Shown piece after piece: positions 47,310 through 58,127 of a stretch of 64,000 bases of DNA (the stretch's first letter is position 1; each line of letters starts with the position of its first letter). The stretch lies in NCBI GenBank assembly GCA_964504875.1, contig CAZDFJ010000011.1:45-64044 (forward strand), given 5' to 3'. The notes under the pieces are model-generated. The model ran no database searches. It was not told where the DNA came from and was given only the letters and a program-made list of their open reading frames with translations. Position numbers and translations under genes: made by a program. Origin of the DNA: an uncultured Burkholderiales bacterium. GTDB taxonomy: Bacteria; Pseudomonadota; Gammaproteobacteria; Burkholderiales; CAZDFJ01.

Positions 47310-49139
47310 TTAATCAACTTTAAGTTGTCCGTGAAATTCAAAGTGATCTTGAACCAAAATTTTTGGATCGAAAGCAACCCGTACTGCGCCCCAGTGCCGC
47401 CCTTTGATTAAGACAGGCAAGGAAATTTCATTTAAGATTTCCCCAGTATCTCGCATGTAAGTCTGTAATAAAAAGCTGGCTGTGTTCTGGGCGGAGCGAA
47501 TTCCATTTCTATCATTAAAAATGCGTTTATCTCGACTGTATAATAAATCCCAATCTCTATTACCTGTTACAGGTTTGGCGCATTTACTGTTATGTGTTGG
47601 GGCGTAACCGTTAATATCTACGCAAATAAAAAATTGTGTTCCCGGAATAATACTTAATACTTGATCAAAAATAGACTGAAATTCTTTTTCGAAGACAGAA
47701 TCATAATTTGTTTTATATTTTTGAGGATAGGTATTGGGAACAGGTTGATATTGTTGATCAAAAAATTGATATTGTTGTGCCAAGCGTTCAATCTTATTTT
47801 GAACCAAATCCCGATAGCCTCTCACACGATGTAAAATCATTTCAAAACTGCCACTTCCAATGCTAAAACGGGCGACCAGCTCGGCAATTTGCTCAGTAGA
47901 TTCATTCAGTTGTAAAGCATATTTTTCAGAATCATTCATCTTATTGGTGACTTCATGACTGAGATTTTTAATTTCAGCAACTTGCTCATGAATCGCCCCA
48001 TTTGTGTTTGAAACTTGATGGATCGTCGCTGTAATTTTATGAATTTCTTCATTCATAATGGCAAATTCATCGACCATTTGTTTAAAATCTTCAGAAGAAC
48101 GTTCCACAATTTTTTTAGTATGTTTTGCTTCTTGACTAATTTGTTTCGTTTCACTCAGCGTATGATCAACCAATGTGATCATATCATTGATTCGTTGCGT
48201 GATAATATCTGTTGCCCCTTTCACTTTTTCTGCTAATTTACGCACTTCATCTGCCACAATTGCAAAGCCTCGACCAATTTCGCCGGCGCGTGCGGCTTCA
48301 ATCGCCGCATTCAAGGCTAATAAATTTGTTTGATCAGAAATATCATTAATAAGCATTGTAATATTGCGGATATTTTCAGAATGTGAATATAGCTCGTCGA
48401 CTGTCGTATTAAAATTGGATATTTTATCACTGATTACGTTAATTTGTTGACTGACAACGGAGAGCTCAGTCACAGATTTATTGGCTATTTTAAAATGTTC
48501 ATCTGTAGTCAAAGCCATATTTTGTGCGCATTGAACCGCATTATCTGTTGCAACTTTGACCTCATTTGTCGCATCAAAGATGACATTAGTCAGCTCCCCT
48601 TGACGTTCTGCCTCTTTTGAAGTCATTGAAATATAACGACTCATTTTAGCGCTTTCTATAGAAATGCTGACACTTTTACGGCGAACTGTATTAATAATTT
48701 CTCTTAGATTTTTTACAAAATTATTATAACTGGTAGAAAGTTCCCAAATTTCGTCATGGGTCATGGCAGGAATATCACGAGATAAATCGCCTTCCCCTTT
48801 ACTTAATTCGTTGAAAATGGCCGTGATTTGTTTAATAGGGCGAACTATTAGGTGATAAAGATAAAAAAGGACACAAATGCCGAAAATAATACTAATTGAA
48901 CCAATAATCATAATTGTATATAAATTTGATTCAAAAATATCTGCAATTTGCTTGAGTAAAACGGGATTTAATTGACTTTTAGATAAAATCTCGTATGCAT
49001 TTTTCTCTTGGATATACAAATAAACTAAGCAGGATAAAAAAGTAATAGTAATGAAAAAAAGATTCCCAGCTAATTTTTTTCGCAATGAATTAAAAAATAA
49101 GCGCTCTACTGTGCTGTAAACGGCGTTTGTGTTCTCCAT
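47310..49139 (-). CDS. Methyl-accepting chemotaxis protein with a C-terminal extra domain
   Basis: 609 aa. Two TM segments flank a very short (~30 aa) loop, followed by HAMP and a signalling domain with the conserved hairpin [41 protein letters not shown]. About 178 further residues follow the signalling domain. Confidence 0.9.
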   Translation of the reverse strand: MENTNAVYSTVERLFFNSLRKKLAGNLFFITITFLSCLVYLYIQEKNAYEILSKSQLNPVLLKQIADIFESNLYTIMIIGSISIIFGICVLFYLYHLIVRPIKQITAIFNELSKGEGDLSRDIPAMTHDEIWELSTSYNNFVKNLREIINTVRRKSVSISIESAKMSRYISMTSKEAERQGELTNVIFDATNEVKVATDNAVQCAQNMALTTDEHFKIANKSVTELSVVSQQINVISDKISNFNTTVDELYSHSENIRNITMLINDISDQTNLLALNAAIEAARAGEIGRGFAIVADEVRKLAEKVKGATDIITQRINDMITLVDHTLSETKQISQEAKHTKKIVERSSEDFKQMVDEFAIMNEEIHKITATIHQVSNTNGAIHEQVAEIKNLSHEVTNKMNDSEKYALQLNESTEQIAELVARFSIGSGSFEMILHRVRGYRDLVQNKIERLAQQYQFFDQQYQPVPNTYPQKYKTNYDSVFEKEFQSIFDQVLSIIPGTQFFICVDINGYAPTHNSKCAKPVTGNRDWDLLYSRDKRIFNDRNGIRSAQNTASFLLQTYMRDTGEILNEISLPVLIKGRHWGAVRVAFDPKILVQDHFEFHGQLKVD

Positions 49140-49371
49140 TCTTCTGCTCCAAAGCTTCTTTGTGATGTTTTGTTATAGTTTTTTTTATGGATTAGCAAAT
49201 AAGGTCTATTTTTGCTTTTAATAAATCATCATTCACATTCAGATTATCACTAATATAACAAAAATAATACCAATCGGAAGAATTTTTTTTTAAGAATTTG
49301 AAATTTATGAGAAACTGCACCTAATTTTAAAAAAAATCTAAACTAAGTGCAGTATTTATGAGAAATTAAAA

Positions 49372-50295
49372 CTATAAATCAGCTAAGGTTTTAAGATGAG
49401 CAACAACACTACGTCCTAACGCATGAAGTTCATAACCGCCTTCTAGGACCGAAACTAAACGACCATTTGCATATTTTTGGGCTATTTTTAATAATTGCAT
49501 TGTGACCCACGCATAATCTGATTCGACGAGTTTAAATGACCCCATATCATCTTCCCAATGCGCATCAAATCCGGCAGAAATAAAAACCATTTGCGGTTTA
49601 AAATCATCTAAAGCCGGCATAAAATGCAGTTCAAATGCCTCACGATATTGTTGCCCATTTGTGCCTGCTTTTAATGGAACATTAACAATGTGATGATTGC
49701 TACTATCTGCACCACAATAAGGATAAAAAGGGTGTTGAAATGTAGAACAGAATAAAACGCGATCATCATCTTTGAAAATATCTTCTGTACCATTACCATG
49801 ATGTACATCAATATCAATAATCGCAACCCGTTCTAATCCAAGCACATCTAATGCGTAAGCAGCCCCTACTGCAACATTATTAAATAAACAAAAACCGCCG
49901 GCTTTTGCGCGTTCTGCGTGATGCCCTGGCGGGCGAATATGACAAAATGCATTCTGAACTTTTCGATCATTGACGATGTCCACGGCATGTACAACGGCTC
50001 CAGCCGCCCGCATCGCCGCTTCCCACGTAAAAGAATTCATGCCCGTATCGCCATCAATAGTGGTCATCCCTTCTTTTGGGCGATTATTATAAATATTATC
50101 AATATATTCTTTAGTGTGAACGCGTTCCAAGTGGACCCGATCCACTTCAGGCGCATCTAAATGCGATAAATAATCAATCAGTCCGCGTGCAATCAGTTGA
50201 TCTTCAATCGCTTTTAACCGCGCTGGGCACTCTGGATGATGTGCACCGATATCATGCTTTAAGCAAATTGGATGTGTAATGAATGCAGTCAGCAT
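49372..50295 (-). CDS. Histone-deacetylase-family amidohydrolase (AcuC/Aph-like)
   Basis: 307 aa with RPPGHHA, IIDIDVHHGNGT and GFDAH blocks of class HDAC-like zinc deacetylases. Confidence 0.85.
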   Translation of the reverse strand: MLTAFITHPICLKHDIGAHHPECPARLKAIEDQLIARGLIDYLSHLDAPEVDRVHLERVHTKEYIDNIYNNRPKEGMTTIDGDTGMNSFTWEAAMRAAGAVVHAVDIVNDRKVQNAFCHIRPPGHHAERAKAGGFCLFNNVAVGAAYALDVLGLERVAIIDIDVHHGNGTEDIFKDDDRVLFCSTFQHPFYPYCGADSSNHHIVNVPLKAGTNGQQYREAFELHFMPALDDFKPQMVFISAGFDAHWEDDMGSFKLVESDYAWVTMQLLKIAQKYANGRLVSVLEGGYELHALGRSVVAHLKTLADL

Positions 50296-50666
50296 AAAAA
50301 CCCCCCATCCTTCCTATGAGAATAGTTAACTATATGTAAAAAAATATTTTGTTTTTTTAACTATAAAGTATAAGCGAAATCATCAAGAAAAAGTAAAGAA
50401 TTTAGTTTGTGATTTCATATAAAACACAAAAAAAATTCATCATTTCATGAAAAAGCGTTTGAAAATTGAACAAAGATAAGTTGGCTTATTAGTGAGATAA
50501 AACCAAGCAAAATACTTGTGTTTTTTCTTATTTTTTGAATAAGTGTTGACTTGGCTTGTTTTTATATTTTGGGAAAAGAATATTATGCTTCGAGAAAAAT
50601 TTATGTTAAATCAAGCATCTATTATTTTTAAGGAGGTTGCAAGAAAAAATACAGAAATAGGACGGT

Positions 50667-52181
50667 TTATAACCATTGCATCCATTTTACATAAGGCGTT
50701 TGATCAGAAAAACCTTGAATAGCGGGCGCATACAAGACTTCTGTTTGGAAAGGAGAGGCCTGATGGATTATTTTTCCTTCGGGGTTAATGACCGCTGTAA
50801 TGCCAGTATTTGTGGCTCTCAATAAATATTTACGGCTTTCGAGTGCGCGGGCTTGCGCCATTTGAAGGTGTTGATACATTGCAATAGAATGTCCAAACCA
50901 AGCATCGTTACTGACATTTACAAGAAAAGTCGCTTTTGTTGCAGTTTGCATTATTTGCTGCGTAAAAGCATCTTCATAACAAATACTCATGCCAAAAGGT
51001 TGTGTATGAAAAAACAAAAATTGAGGCGTACTTGTTCCACTTGAAAAATCTGAAAATGGAATATTCATTGTTTGCATGAGAGGTTTTAATAACGCCGGAA
51101 AAGGTAAGTATTCTCCTAATGGCACTAAATGTGTTTTACGATAAATGGCTTGTTTTTTGCCATCTCGTTGGATCACGCTATTATAGTAAATGGATAGCTG
51201 ACTATCTAATTCGGGGACACCAAATAAAATGGTCCGATTTTCTTGGAGCGCGACAAGGTCATAAAGGCGTAAATAATGTGGTGGAACCTGATGATAAAAC
51301 ACAGGAAAAGCGGTTTCAGGTAAGATAGTTAAATCGGCGCGTTTTTTTGTGAGTAATGCATAGTATGTTTCAAGTGTGTGAACATAATGTTCAGGGCTAA
51401 ATTTGAGCGATTGTTGAATATTACCTTGTAATAAGCTTACACTAAATGGTTGGCCTGCTTTTTGTGTGGGTAAAGTATAAATATGACTGAATACGTTACC
51501 AATCATTAATATTCCCATCAATCCAAGGGGAAGAAGTGCTTTTTTAAAAGCCTGGGCAGCTAAGCGATCGATCGTTTCAATCAACAATGTTGACGTCAAA
51601 ACAACCAAAAAACTGACTCCATAAATGCCAATGAGTGGAAAATAATCAGTCAAAATTCCTGTAGGCACTTGCGAGTAACCTACCGTTAACCAGGGAAAGC
51701 CTAGCGCGCCACTACTCCGCAAAATTTCCCCACTCACCCACAAGAAACTAAATAATAAGCCTCTTTTTCCAAAAGTATGAAAAAAATTGGGCCAGCGTTG
51801 TAGCAGCCAACCAAAAAATAAGCTTATTCCTAGAGGATAGAGCGTTAAATATAAACAAAAAATAAGCGTGGTCAGGAGAGCAAGAATTGAAGGCATGCCG
51901 CCAAATTCTTGAATGCTAATATAAACCCAATGCACTCCAGTCAAGAAAAAACCAAAATAAAAGGCGAGAAGCCGAATAATTTTCTGCGAGAGCGTTTTTT
52001 GGGAAAAACACAAAAAAGCAAAAACCCAGCCAATACTGATAAAAATAAGCGGAAATAGATCAAAAGGGGCAAAGCTGAGCACGGCGAGACAGCCGAGTCC
52101 TGCATGGAGGACCCAATCAAATTTTTTTTGCCATTTCGAAAAATCACATTGTGTGAGACGAGAAAAAAAACTTAGTAGCAT
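50667..52181 (-). CDS. lnt: Apolipoprotein N-acyltransferase
   Basis: 504 aa with a polytopic N-terminal half and a C-terminal nitrilase-like domain (ILPETAFP, ICYEDAF, NDAWFG). Confidence 0.9.
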   Translation of the reverse strand: MLLSFFSRLTQCDFSKWQKKFDWVLHAGLGCLAVLSFAPFDLFPLIFISIGWVFAFLCFSQKTLSQKIIRLLAFYFGFFLTGVHWVYISIQEFGGMPSILALLTTLIFCLYLTLYPLGISLFFGWLLQRWPNFFHTFGKRGLLFSFLWVSGEILRSSGALGFPWLTVGYSQVPTGILTDYFPLIGIYGVSFLVVLTSTLLIETIDRLAAQAFKKALLPLGLMGILMIGNVFSHIYTLPTQKAGQPFSVSLLQGNIQQSLKFSPEHYVHTLETYYALLTKKRADLTILPETAFPVFYHQVPPHYLRLYDLVALQENRTILFGVPELDSQLSIYYNSVIQRDGKKQAIYRKTHLVPLGEYLPFPALLKPLMQTMNIPFSDFSSGTSTPQFLFFHTQPFGMSICYEDAFTQQIMQTATKATFLVNVSNDAWFGHSIAMYQHLQMAQARALESRKYLLRATNTGITAVINPEGKIIHQASPFQTEVLYAPAIQGFSDQTPYVKWMQWL

Positions 52182-52966
52182 TCGACGGTCTTCACTGCTG
52201 GCGGATGAGGTAATTGATTATTTTCATTCAGAAATAATTGCGATTTTTCTGGAGAAACTTGTACAAGTCGATAAGTCAATTGGCTTGTTACACGATCCCG
52301 CGCAGAAAGAACAGTAGTAGGAAACCCACTATGATGGGCTTTATTTAACAGTTGTTTTGCAGCTTCCTCATTTTTGAAATATCCTAATGATACAGCGTTT
52401 TTGCCCTTAATACTTGTTTTAGAATAAGTCAAATTTGCATTGGTTAATTTTTGTTCCCAATCCTGATTTGCAATATCCATAACGTTCGGAATATAAACCC
52501 AATATCCGCCAATATCGTGTGTTTCGCGGCGCGTTACCCGATATTTAATATGTGTTTTGGCTAAAACTTTTCTGGCTGTTTTATCGTTATCACTGTCAAA
52601 AGGTCCCCATTGATAACAGACATAATGAACTGTTTTAGGGGGCGATGGGACAGGTGCAGCGGGTGGGACGGCTGGCACAGCGGGGGGCGTAGCAGCTGGT
52701 GCTTGCACAGATTTTTCAGGTACAGCAGCAGGCGGCGCCGCGGGTGGAGGCGGAACAGGATCAACCGTTGTTCCGGCAGCCACATCAGGCGGATCATCTA
52801 ATTCTTTTAGCATGCGACCCCATTGGTCATTATTGACCAATTGGATTTGCTCTTTTTTGTTTTCACTCGGTAAATCAGAGAGATTGACGCCTTGTTTTGG
52901 TGTGAACAAAGCCATAAAAAAAAGCAATAAATTAAAAATCACTGTAATAATAAAAAACAGCTTCAA
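52172..52966 (-). CDS. SPOR-domain membrane protein with Pro/Ala-rich linker
   Basis: 264-aa ORF with a TTG start, an N-terminal TM segment, a PPPPAAPPAAVP...PAVPPAAPVPSPP linker and C-terminal SPOR-like repeats (AVSLGYFKNEEAAKQLLNK). Its stop overlaps the lnt start by 10 nt. Confidence 0.7.
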   Translation of the reverse strand: MKLFFIITVIFNLLLFFMALFTPKQGVNLSDLPSENKKEQIQLVNNDQWGRMLKELDDPPDVAAGTTVDPVPPPPAAPPAAVPEKSVQAPAATPPAVPAVPPAAPVPSPPKTVHYVCYQWGPFDSDNDKTARKVLAKTHIKYRVTRRETHDIGGYWVYIPNVMDIANQDWEQKLTNANLTYSKTSIKGKNAVSLGYFKNEEAAKQLLNKAHHSGFPTTVLSARDRVTSQLTYRLVQVSPEKSQLFLNENNQLPHPPAVKTVECY

Positions 52967-53031
52967 GGGTTAACCATTCAGAAAAGAAATATTCGAAAAT
53001 CCGATATGTATGGAGTCAAGGCTGTCCCCAA

Positions 53032-53053
53032 AATTGGGGACAGATTCAGGCTT
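53032..53053 (-). terminator. Hairpin downstream of tkt (no U-tract)
   Basis: 9-bp stem ctgtcccca (53032-53040) / tggggacag (53045-53053), 4-nt loop, 14 nt after the tkt stop. No T-run follows on either strand, so terminator function is uncertain. Confidence 0.35.
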
Positions 53054-53066
53054 TATTTTACAGCAT

Positions 53067-55079
53067 TTAGTTTATATCGCACAATGTTTTTGCAGTTTTG
53101 ACTAAATTTTCTGTGGTTAAGCCAAAATAGTCAAAAAGTTTTCCTGCTGGAGCAGATTCACCAAAGCGGTTCATCCCTAAGATTGCCCCATCTAAACCAA
53201 CATATTTATACCAGAAATCAACAGAAGCGGCTTCGATAGCAATTCGTTTAATGCCAGCTGGTAAAACATTTATTTTGTAGGCATGATCTTGACGATCAAA
53301 AACGTTGCTAGACGGCATAGAAACAACGCGAACGGCAATTTCTGTTTCTTGTTCTAAACATGTTTTTGCTTGCATGGCAAGGGCGACTTCAGAGCCCGTC
53401 GCAATGATAATTAATTGTTGTTTTTTGCCTTCTGCAAAATCAGCTAACACATAAGCCCCTTTACTTACATTTGCTTTTGTTGTGTCAGAACGAGTTTGAT
53501 AAGGCAGATTTTGACGGCTAAGTAGCAAAGAAACCGGTCCGTCTTTGCGTTCCAAACCGGCGTGCCATGCAATAGCTGTTTCAAATGTATCACATGGACG
53601 CCATACATCCATGTTTGGGATCAAACGCAAAGAGGCCGCATGTTCAATAGGTTGGTGAGTAGGGCCATCTTCGCCTAAACCAATTGAATCATGTGTAAAG
53701 ACATAAAGACTGCGTAATTTCATCAAGGCAGCCATACGTAAAGCATTACGCGCATAATCTGAAAAAACTAAAAAAGTCCCACCGTAAGGGATAAAGCCGC
53801 CAGACAAGGCAAGCCCATTCATTATGCCGACCATGCCAAACTCGCGTACACCATAATGAATATAATTTGCTTCAGCCGGATTGACTTGCGCCCCTTTTGA
53901 TCCAGACCAAGTGGTTAAATTAGAGCTCGCTAAATCAGCCGAACCTCCAATCAACGCAGGAAGATGGGGGGCTAAAAATTCAATACAATTTTGAGAGGCT
54001 TTGCGAGAAGCAATATTTTCAGCTTTGGTTTCGACTGCTTGTAAATGCGCTGCGGCAATGTCAGACCAATTTTGAGGTAAGAAACAATCTAAACGAGTTT
54101 GAAAAGCGGTCGCTAATTCAGGGTGGACTTTTGTGTATTCTGTGAAAAGATCTTGCCACACACTTTCAGCATTAGCGCCTTGATCTGTGGCATCCCATGC
54201 CATTTTGATCTCAGTGGGAATCTCAAAAGCAGGATGGGTCCAACCTAATGCTTGGCGACTGGCTTCAATTTCGTTGTTTCCTAATGGGGCACCGTGGCAA
54301 TCATGTGATCCAGCTTTGTTAGGAGATCCCTGCCCAATGACTGTTTTGCAACAAATCAAGGTTGGACGATTGGCCTCTTGCTGAGCCATTTGAATGGCTT
54401 TTTCAATGGCTTCTGCGTTATGGCCATCTATGTTTGGAATCACTTGCCATCCATAAGACTCAAAACGTTTTGGCGTATTGTCAGTAAACCAACCTTCAAC
54501 ATGACCATCAATAGAAATGCCGTTATCGTCATAAAAGACGATGAGTTTGCCTAATTGTAACGTGCCTGCTAATGAACAAACTTCATGAGAAATGCCTTCC
54601 ATTAAGCAGCCATCGCCCAAAAATACATACGTATAATGGTCCACAACTGGAAATTGAGGCCGATTGAATTGGGCGGCTAACAATTTTTCGGCAAGAGCCA
54701 TTCCCACTGCATTGCTAATGCCTTGGCCTAAAGGACCTGTTGTCGTTTCAACGCCAGCCGTATAGCCATATTCAGGATGACCAGGAGTTTTGGCATGCAA
54801 TTGACGAAAGTTTTTTAAGTCATCAATACTTAAATCATATCCTGTTAAGTGTAACAAAGCATAAATAAGCATGGAGCCGTGACCATTGGATAAAACAAAC
54901 CGATCACGATTCGCCCAGTTTGGGTTTTTGGGATTATGTTTTAAGAAACGACGCCAAAGAACTTCGGCGATATCTGCCATTCCCATAGGCATACCAGGGT
55001 GACCTGAATTGGCTTTTTGGACAGCGTCCATTGCCAAAATGCGAATTGCATTCGCTAAAACTTGAGCATTAACAGTCAT
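53067..55079 (-). CDS. tkt: Transketolase
   Basis: 670 aa with [26 protein letters not shown] and [19 protein letters not shown] blocks. Confidence 0.95.
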   Translation of the reverse strand: MTVNAQVLANAIRILAMDAVQKANSGHPGMPMGMADIAEVLWRRFLKHNPKNPNWANRDRFVLSNGHGSMLIYALLHLTGYDLSIDDLKNFRQLHAKTPGHPEYGYTAGVETTTGPLGQGISNAVGMALAEKLLAAQFNRPQFPVVDHYTYVFLGDGCLMEGISHEVCSLAGTLQLGKLIVFYDDNGISIDGHVEGWFTDNTPKRFESYGWQVIPNIDGHNAEAIEKAIQMAQQEANRPTLICCKTVIGQGSPNKAGSHDCHGAPLGNNEIEASRQALGWTHPAFEIPTEIKMAWDATDQGANAESVWQDLFTEYTKVHPELATAFQTRLDCFLPQNWSDIAAAHLQAVETKAENIASRKASQNCIEFLAPHLPALIGGSADLASSNLTTWSGSKGAQVNPAEANYIHYGVREFGMVGIMNGLALSGGFIPYGGTFLVFSDYARNALRMAALMKLRSLYVFTHDSIGLGEDGPTHQPIEHAASLRLIPNMDVWRPCDTFETAIAWHAGLERKDGPVSLLLSRQNLPYQTRSDTTKANVSKGAYVLADFAEGKKQQLIIIATGSEVALAMQAKTCLEQETEIAVRVVSMPSSNVFDRQDHAYKINVLPAGIKRIAIEAASVDFWYKYVGLDGAILGMNRFGESAPAGKLFDYFGLTTENLVKTAKTLCDIN

Positions 55080-55227
55080 GTTTTTAATGAACTAAATAAT
55101 AAAATTATAAAAAATTGGCGAATTGATTGTATTGAACAAAAAATACAATGCTATAGTACACTACTTAAAAATAAATAACGATTTTGATTTTATTATAGCG
55201 TGATTGATATCAATTTAGTCTGTTTGA

Positions 55228-55644
55228 TTACATACGAACTAAAGCCGAGAAAATGAACGCAAAGAGCAGCACAGCTATGACCCAAAGTAATATTTTAATA
55301 GATCTAGGATATAAATATCCTGAAGACTGTTTTTCGACTTCTTTAGCCAGTTTTTCTAATACAGCAATTGCTTCGTTGACTTCTATTTCAAAAAATTCAC
55401 GACGCTGATTGATTCTTTTTTTAGCCAGATGGGCATGTACAATTTTTTCGAGCGTATGACAATCAGATGTTTCTATAGAATAAGCGACATTAAAAGCAAC
55501 GGGAATACCGGTATGATTAGAGAGTTCATTAGCCCGTGTTTCTGGATCCCGTGTGGTTTTACCAATTTTGACGCAGCGCGCGCGAAAAGCGGCATTTGTC
55601 AAAATGTAAACATGTCCAGCTTGTCCTAAATGCTTTTTTGCCAT
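55228..55644 (-). CDS. T5orf172/GIY-YIG-like domain protein with C-terminal TM tail anchor (paralog B)
   Basis: 138 aa with GHVYILTN, VKIGKTTRDPETRANEL, LEKIVHAHL and RREFFEI blocks (T5orf172/MUG113-type GIY-YIG pattern), then a terminal hydrophobic segment ILLWVIAVLLFAFIFSALV. Confidence 0.7.
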   Translation of the reverse strand: MAKKHLGQAGHVYILTNAAFRARCVKIGKTTRDPETRANELSNHTGIPVAFNVAYSIETSDCHTLEKIVHAHLAKKRINQRREFFEIEVNEAIAVLEKLAKEVEKQSSGYLYPRSIKILLWVIAVLLFAFIFSALVRM

Positions 55645-55649
55645 AACAA

Positions 55650-56132
55650 TTACGAAATTAAAAGTATAAGAATAAAACAGGATACACTAATACCCATTAA
55701 AATATGTCGGGTTTTGTTCGAAAAAAGCCCTTGATCAAAATCAGAATATTCCCCTTCAGCATAGGTTGAAAAAGCAAGCGCAATATAAGCAAGGTCCTCT
55801 TCTTCAGGGGGATCCAATTCTTTAGCTAGCATATTGAGGATATCAATGGCATCACATAATGGGATCGCAAAAAACTCGCGGTTTCGATTAATACGTTCGT
55901 TTGCTAAGTAGCCATGGATTTCTTTTTCAAGTAAATGACAATCAGATGTCCAGAGTGAAAAAGCAACTTGATATTCTACTGGCACACCTGTATGTCTCGA
56001 AATTTCTCCTGCTCTAACATATGGATCACGCGTGGTTTTACCAATTTTCAAATAGTTTGCAGGAAGAGCAGGATTTGTCAAAATATAAACATAACCTGCT
56101 CGTGGTAAGGGTGTTTTTTCTTCTTTTGTCAT
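55650..56132 (-). CDS. T5orf172/GIY-YIG-like domain protein with C-terminal TM tail anchor (paralog A)
   Basis: 160 aa with GYVYILTN, LKIGKTTRDPYVRAGEI, LEKEIHGYL and NREFFAI blocks, an acidic linker (DPPEEEDL...EGEYSDFD) and a terminal hydrophobic segment ILMGISVSCFILILLIS. Its stop lies 5 nt before the paralog B start. Confidence 0.7.
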   Translation of the reverse strand: MTKEEKTPLPRAGYVYILTNPALPANYLKIGKTTRDPYVRAGEISRHTGVPVEYQVAFSLWTSDCHLLEKEIHGYLANERINRNREFFAIPLCDAIDILNMLAKELDPPEEEDLAYIALAFSTYAEGEYSDFDQGLFSNKTRHILMGISVSCFILILLIS

Positions 56133-56198
56133 AAATCATTCTCATATCTCATACGGCCAAGGATCAATGAAAATGAAGGTATTTCGCATGCGTCATAA

Positions 56199-57575
56199 TT
56201 AAAACAGTGCATTAACAAAATCACGTGCGATAAAAGGACGCAGATCATCAATCCCTTCCCCAACACCAATAAAACGTACAGGGACAGGACGGGTTTTTGC
56301 AATCGCGGCAATAATGCCCCCTTTTGCAGTTCCATCCAATTTTGTCAAGACAAGACCTGTCAAACCAAGCGCATCATCAAATTGTTTCACTTGGCTCAAA
56401 CCATTTTGTCCCGTATTTGAATCTAAAACAAGAATAATTTCATGTGGCGCGGTTTCGTCAAGTTTTTTCATGACGCGTTTGACTTTTTTGATTTCTTCCA
56501 TCAAGTTATGTTGAGTGGCTAAACGGCCCGCAGTATCGGCTAAAACAATATCAATTTTGCGCGCCGTCGCCGCTTGAATCGCGTCATAGACGACCGCCGC
56601 GGGATCGCCTTTTTCTTGGGCAATCACTGTGACATTATTGCGTTCGCCCCAGACAATAAGTTGTTCCCGTGCTGCGGCGCGAAAAGTATCCCCTGCTGCC
56701 AACAAAACACTTTTTCCAGCCGCTTGGAAGTGTTTTGCTAATTTTCCAATTGTGGTGGTTTTGCCTGCCCCATTGACACCTACCATCATAATGACAAAGG
56801 GTTGATGATTTTCCATGTGTTCAAGAGCAAGCGGATTTTCAAGGGGAGTGAGCAATTCAATTAAGGCTTCTTTCAAAGCATCTTGTAATTGATCAGAGGT
56901 TTCTAAGCCATCTCGCTTGACTTGGGCTTTCACTTTTTCTAAGAGATATTCACACGCATCAATGCCCACATCTGCTGATAACAAAATTGTTTCAAGTTCT
57001 TCATATAAATCATCATCGATTTTTTTATGCGCACTAAATAAAGAAACAATTTTTTTACCTAAATTTTCACGTGTCCGAGAAAGCCCATCACGTAACCGAC
57101 TAAACCATCCTTTTTTGGGTTTTGTTTCTTCGTCGAGTTCATCAACTGTTTCAATCATTTCTGGAGTGGAGGGTTCAGCTATTTTTTCTTCAATTTCAAT
57201 TCGATCAGGAGAGATCATTACAACAGGTTCTGTTGCTGTTTCAATCTCCTTTTTTTCTGGTTCTGGCTTTTGTTCTTCTTGTGGTAAAACCTTGATTTCG
57301 GGCACAGGTTCTATCACAGGAAGTAATTTTTCTAATTCAGGTTGTGCAGGTGCAACAGGGGGCGCATGTTCCTCCTGTTTCTTGTCATGTTCATGTGACG
57401 AATGGGTTTCTGTTTTTTGTACTAAGACAGGCTCAGATACAATAGGTGTGGTCTCAGAAGAAGGCGCCGATTCTGCTGGGGTGGCAGATTCTTCTTGTAT
57501 TGGCGTTTCTTCTGCAAGCGTTTCTGTTTTGTCTTTATCTTTACGAGAAAATAGATTTTTTACAAATTTAAACAT
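56199..57575 (-). CDS. ftsY: Signal-recognition-particle receptor FtsY
   Basis: Acidic, Glu/Pro-rich N-terminal region and an SRP-GTPase NG domain (MVGVNGAGKTTTIGKLA, DTAGR, TKLDGTAKGG). I chose the ATG at 57575 (MFKFVKNLFSRK), which overlaps the folK stop in the sequence ATGTTTAA. Confidence 0.9.
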   Translation of the reverse strand: MFKFVKNLFSRKDKDKTETLAEETPIQEESATPAESAPSSETTPIVSEPVLVQKTETHSSHEHDKKQEEHAPPVAPAQPELEKLLPVIEPVPEIKVLPQEEQKPEPEKKEIETATEPVVMISPDRIEIEEKIAEPSTPEMIETVDELDEETKPKKGWFSRLRDGLSRTRENLGKKIVSLFSAHKKIDDDLYEELETILLSADVGIDACEYLLEKVKAQVKRDGLETSDQLQDALKEALIELLTPLENPLALEHMENHQPFVIMMVGVNGAGKTTTIGKLAKHFQAAGKSVLLAAGDTFRAAAREQLIVWGERNNVTVIAQEKGDPAAVVYDAIQAATARKIDIVLADTAGRLATQHNLMEEIKKVKRVMKKLDETAPHEIILVLDSNTGQNGLSQVKQFDDALGLTGLVLTKLDGTAKGGIIAAIAKTRPVPVRFIGVGEGIDDLRPFIARDFVNALF

Positions 57576-58095
57576 GATAGACGTAATGTTCCTGATGGTC
57601 ATCCTGCATTATTGCAGGAAGATGCGTAATACTTTGGTTTTCACATTGAGCTAACCACATTTGTGCGGGCCCTTTTTTAGGAATCAAACAAAGGGGTTGA
57701 ATTTCAACTAAAGGACGTAAAACAAACGCCCGTTCGTGCATTCTGGGATGTGGGACCGTTAATTTTTCAGATTCGATTATTTTATCATCATATAGTAATA
57801 AATCTAAATCTAAAGTACGGGGTGAATTAAAATACAAACGTTGTCGACCAAAATCTAGCTCTAATTGTTGGAGTGCAGCAAGCAACGCAAAAGGCTCAAG
57901 AGAAGTATGAATCAATGCGACTGCATTAATATAATCAGGTTGATCAGGTTCGCACCCAATTGGCGCGGTGCGATATAATGAAGAAGCTTGGATTAAATCA
58001 CTTTGTGGAAGTTGGTCAAGACTATGTATTGCCATTTTGATTTGGCGAATTGGATTCGCAAGATTACTTCCAAGTGCAACATATGCAAGTGCCAT
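57568..58095 (-). CDS. folK: 2-amino-4-hydroxy-6-hydroxymethyldihydropteridine pyrophosphokinase
   Basis: 175 aa with AYVALGSNL, RTLDLDLLLYDD and LTVPHPRMHERAFVLRPL blocks. Confidence 0.9.
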   Translation of the reverse strand: MALAYVALGSNLANPIRQIKMAIHSLDQLPQSDLIQASSLYRTAPIGCEPDQPDYINAVALIHTSLEPFALLAALQQLELDFGRQRLYFNSPRTLDLDLLLYDDKIIESEKLTVPHPRMHERAFVLRPLVEIQPLCLIPKKGPAQMWLAQCENQSITHLPAIMQDDHQEHYVYHV

Positions 58096-58127
58096 GATAA
58101 TAAATTTTTTCTAGAGAAAAAGTAAAA

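Noticed and set aside
50585-50722. 45-codon plus-strand ORF (MLREKFMLNQASIIFKEVARK...) and an aaggagg motif in the lnt-HDAC intergenic region
   Set aside because: The ORF runs into and overlaps the lnt 3' end on the opposite strand. The aaggagg is internal to it rather than upstream of a start codon. It has no motif.
56917-57654. 245-aa plus-strand ORF, Ser-rich, antisense to ftsY
   Set aside because: It lies entirely within the well-supported ftsY gene on the opposite strand. Its low-complexity Ser/Gly/Cys composition mirrors the Glu/Pro-rich FtsY N-terminal region. It is a shadow ORF.
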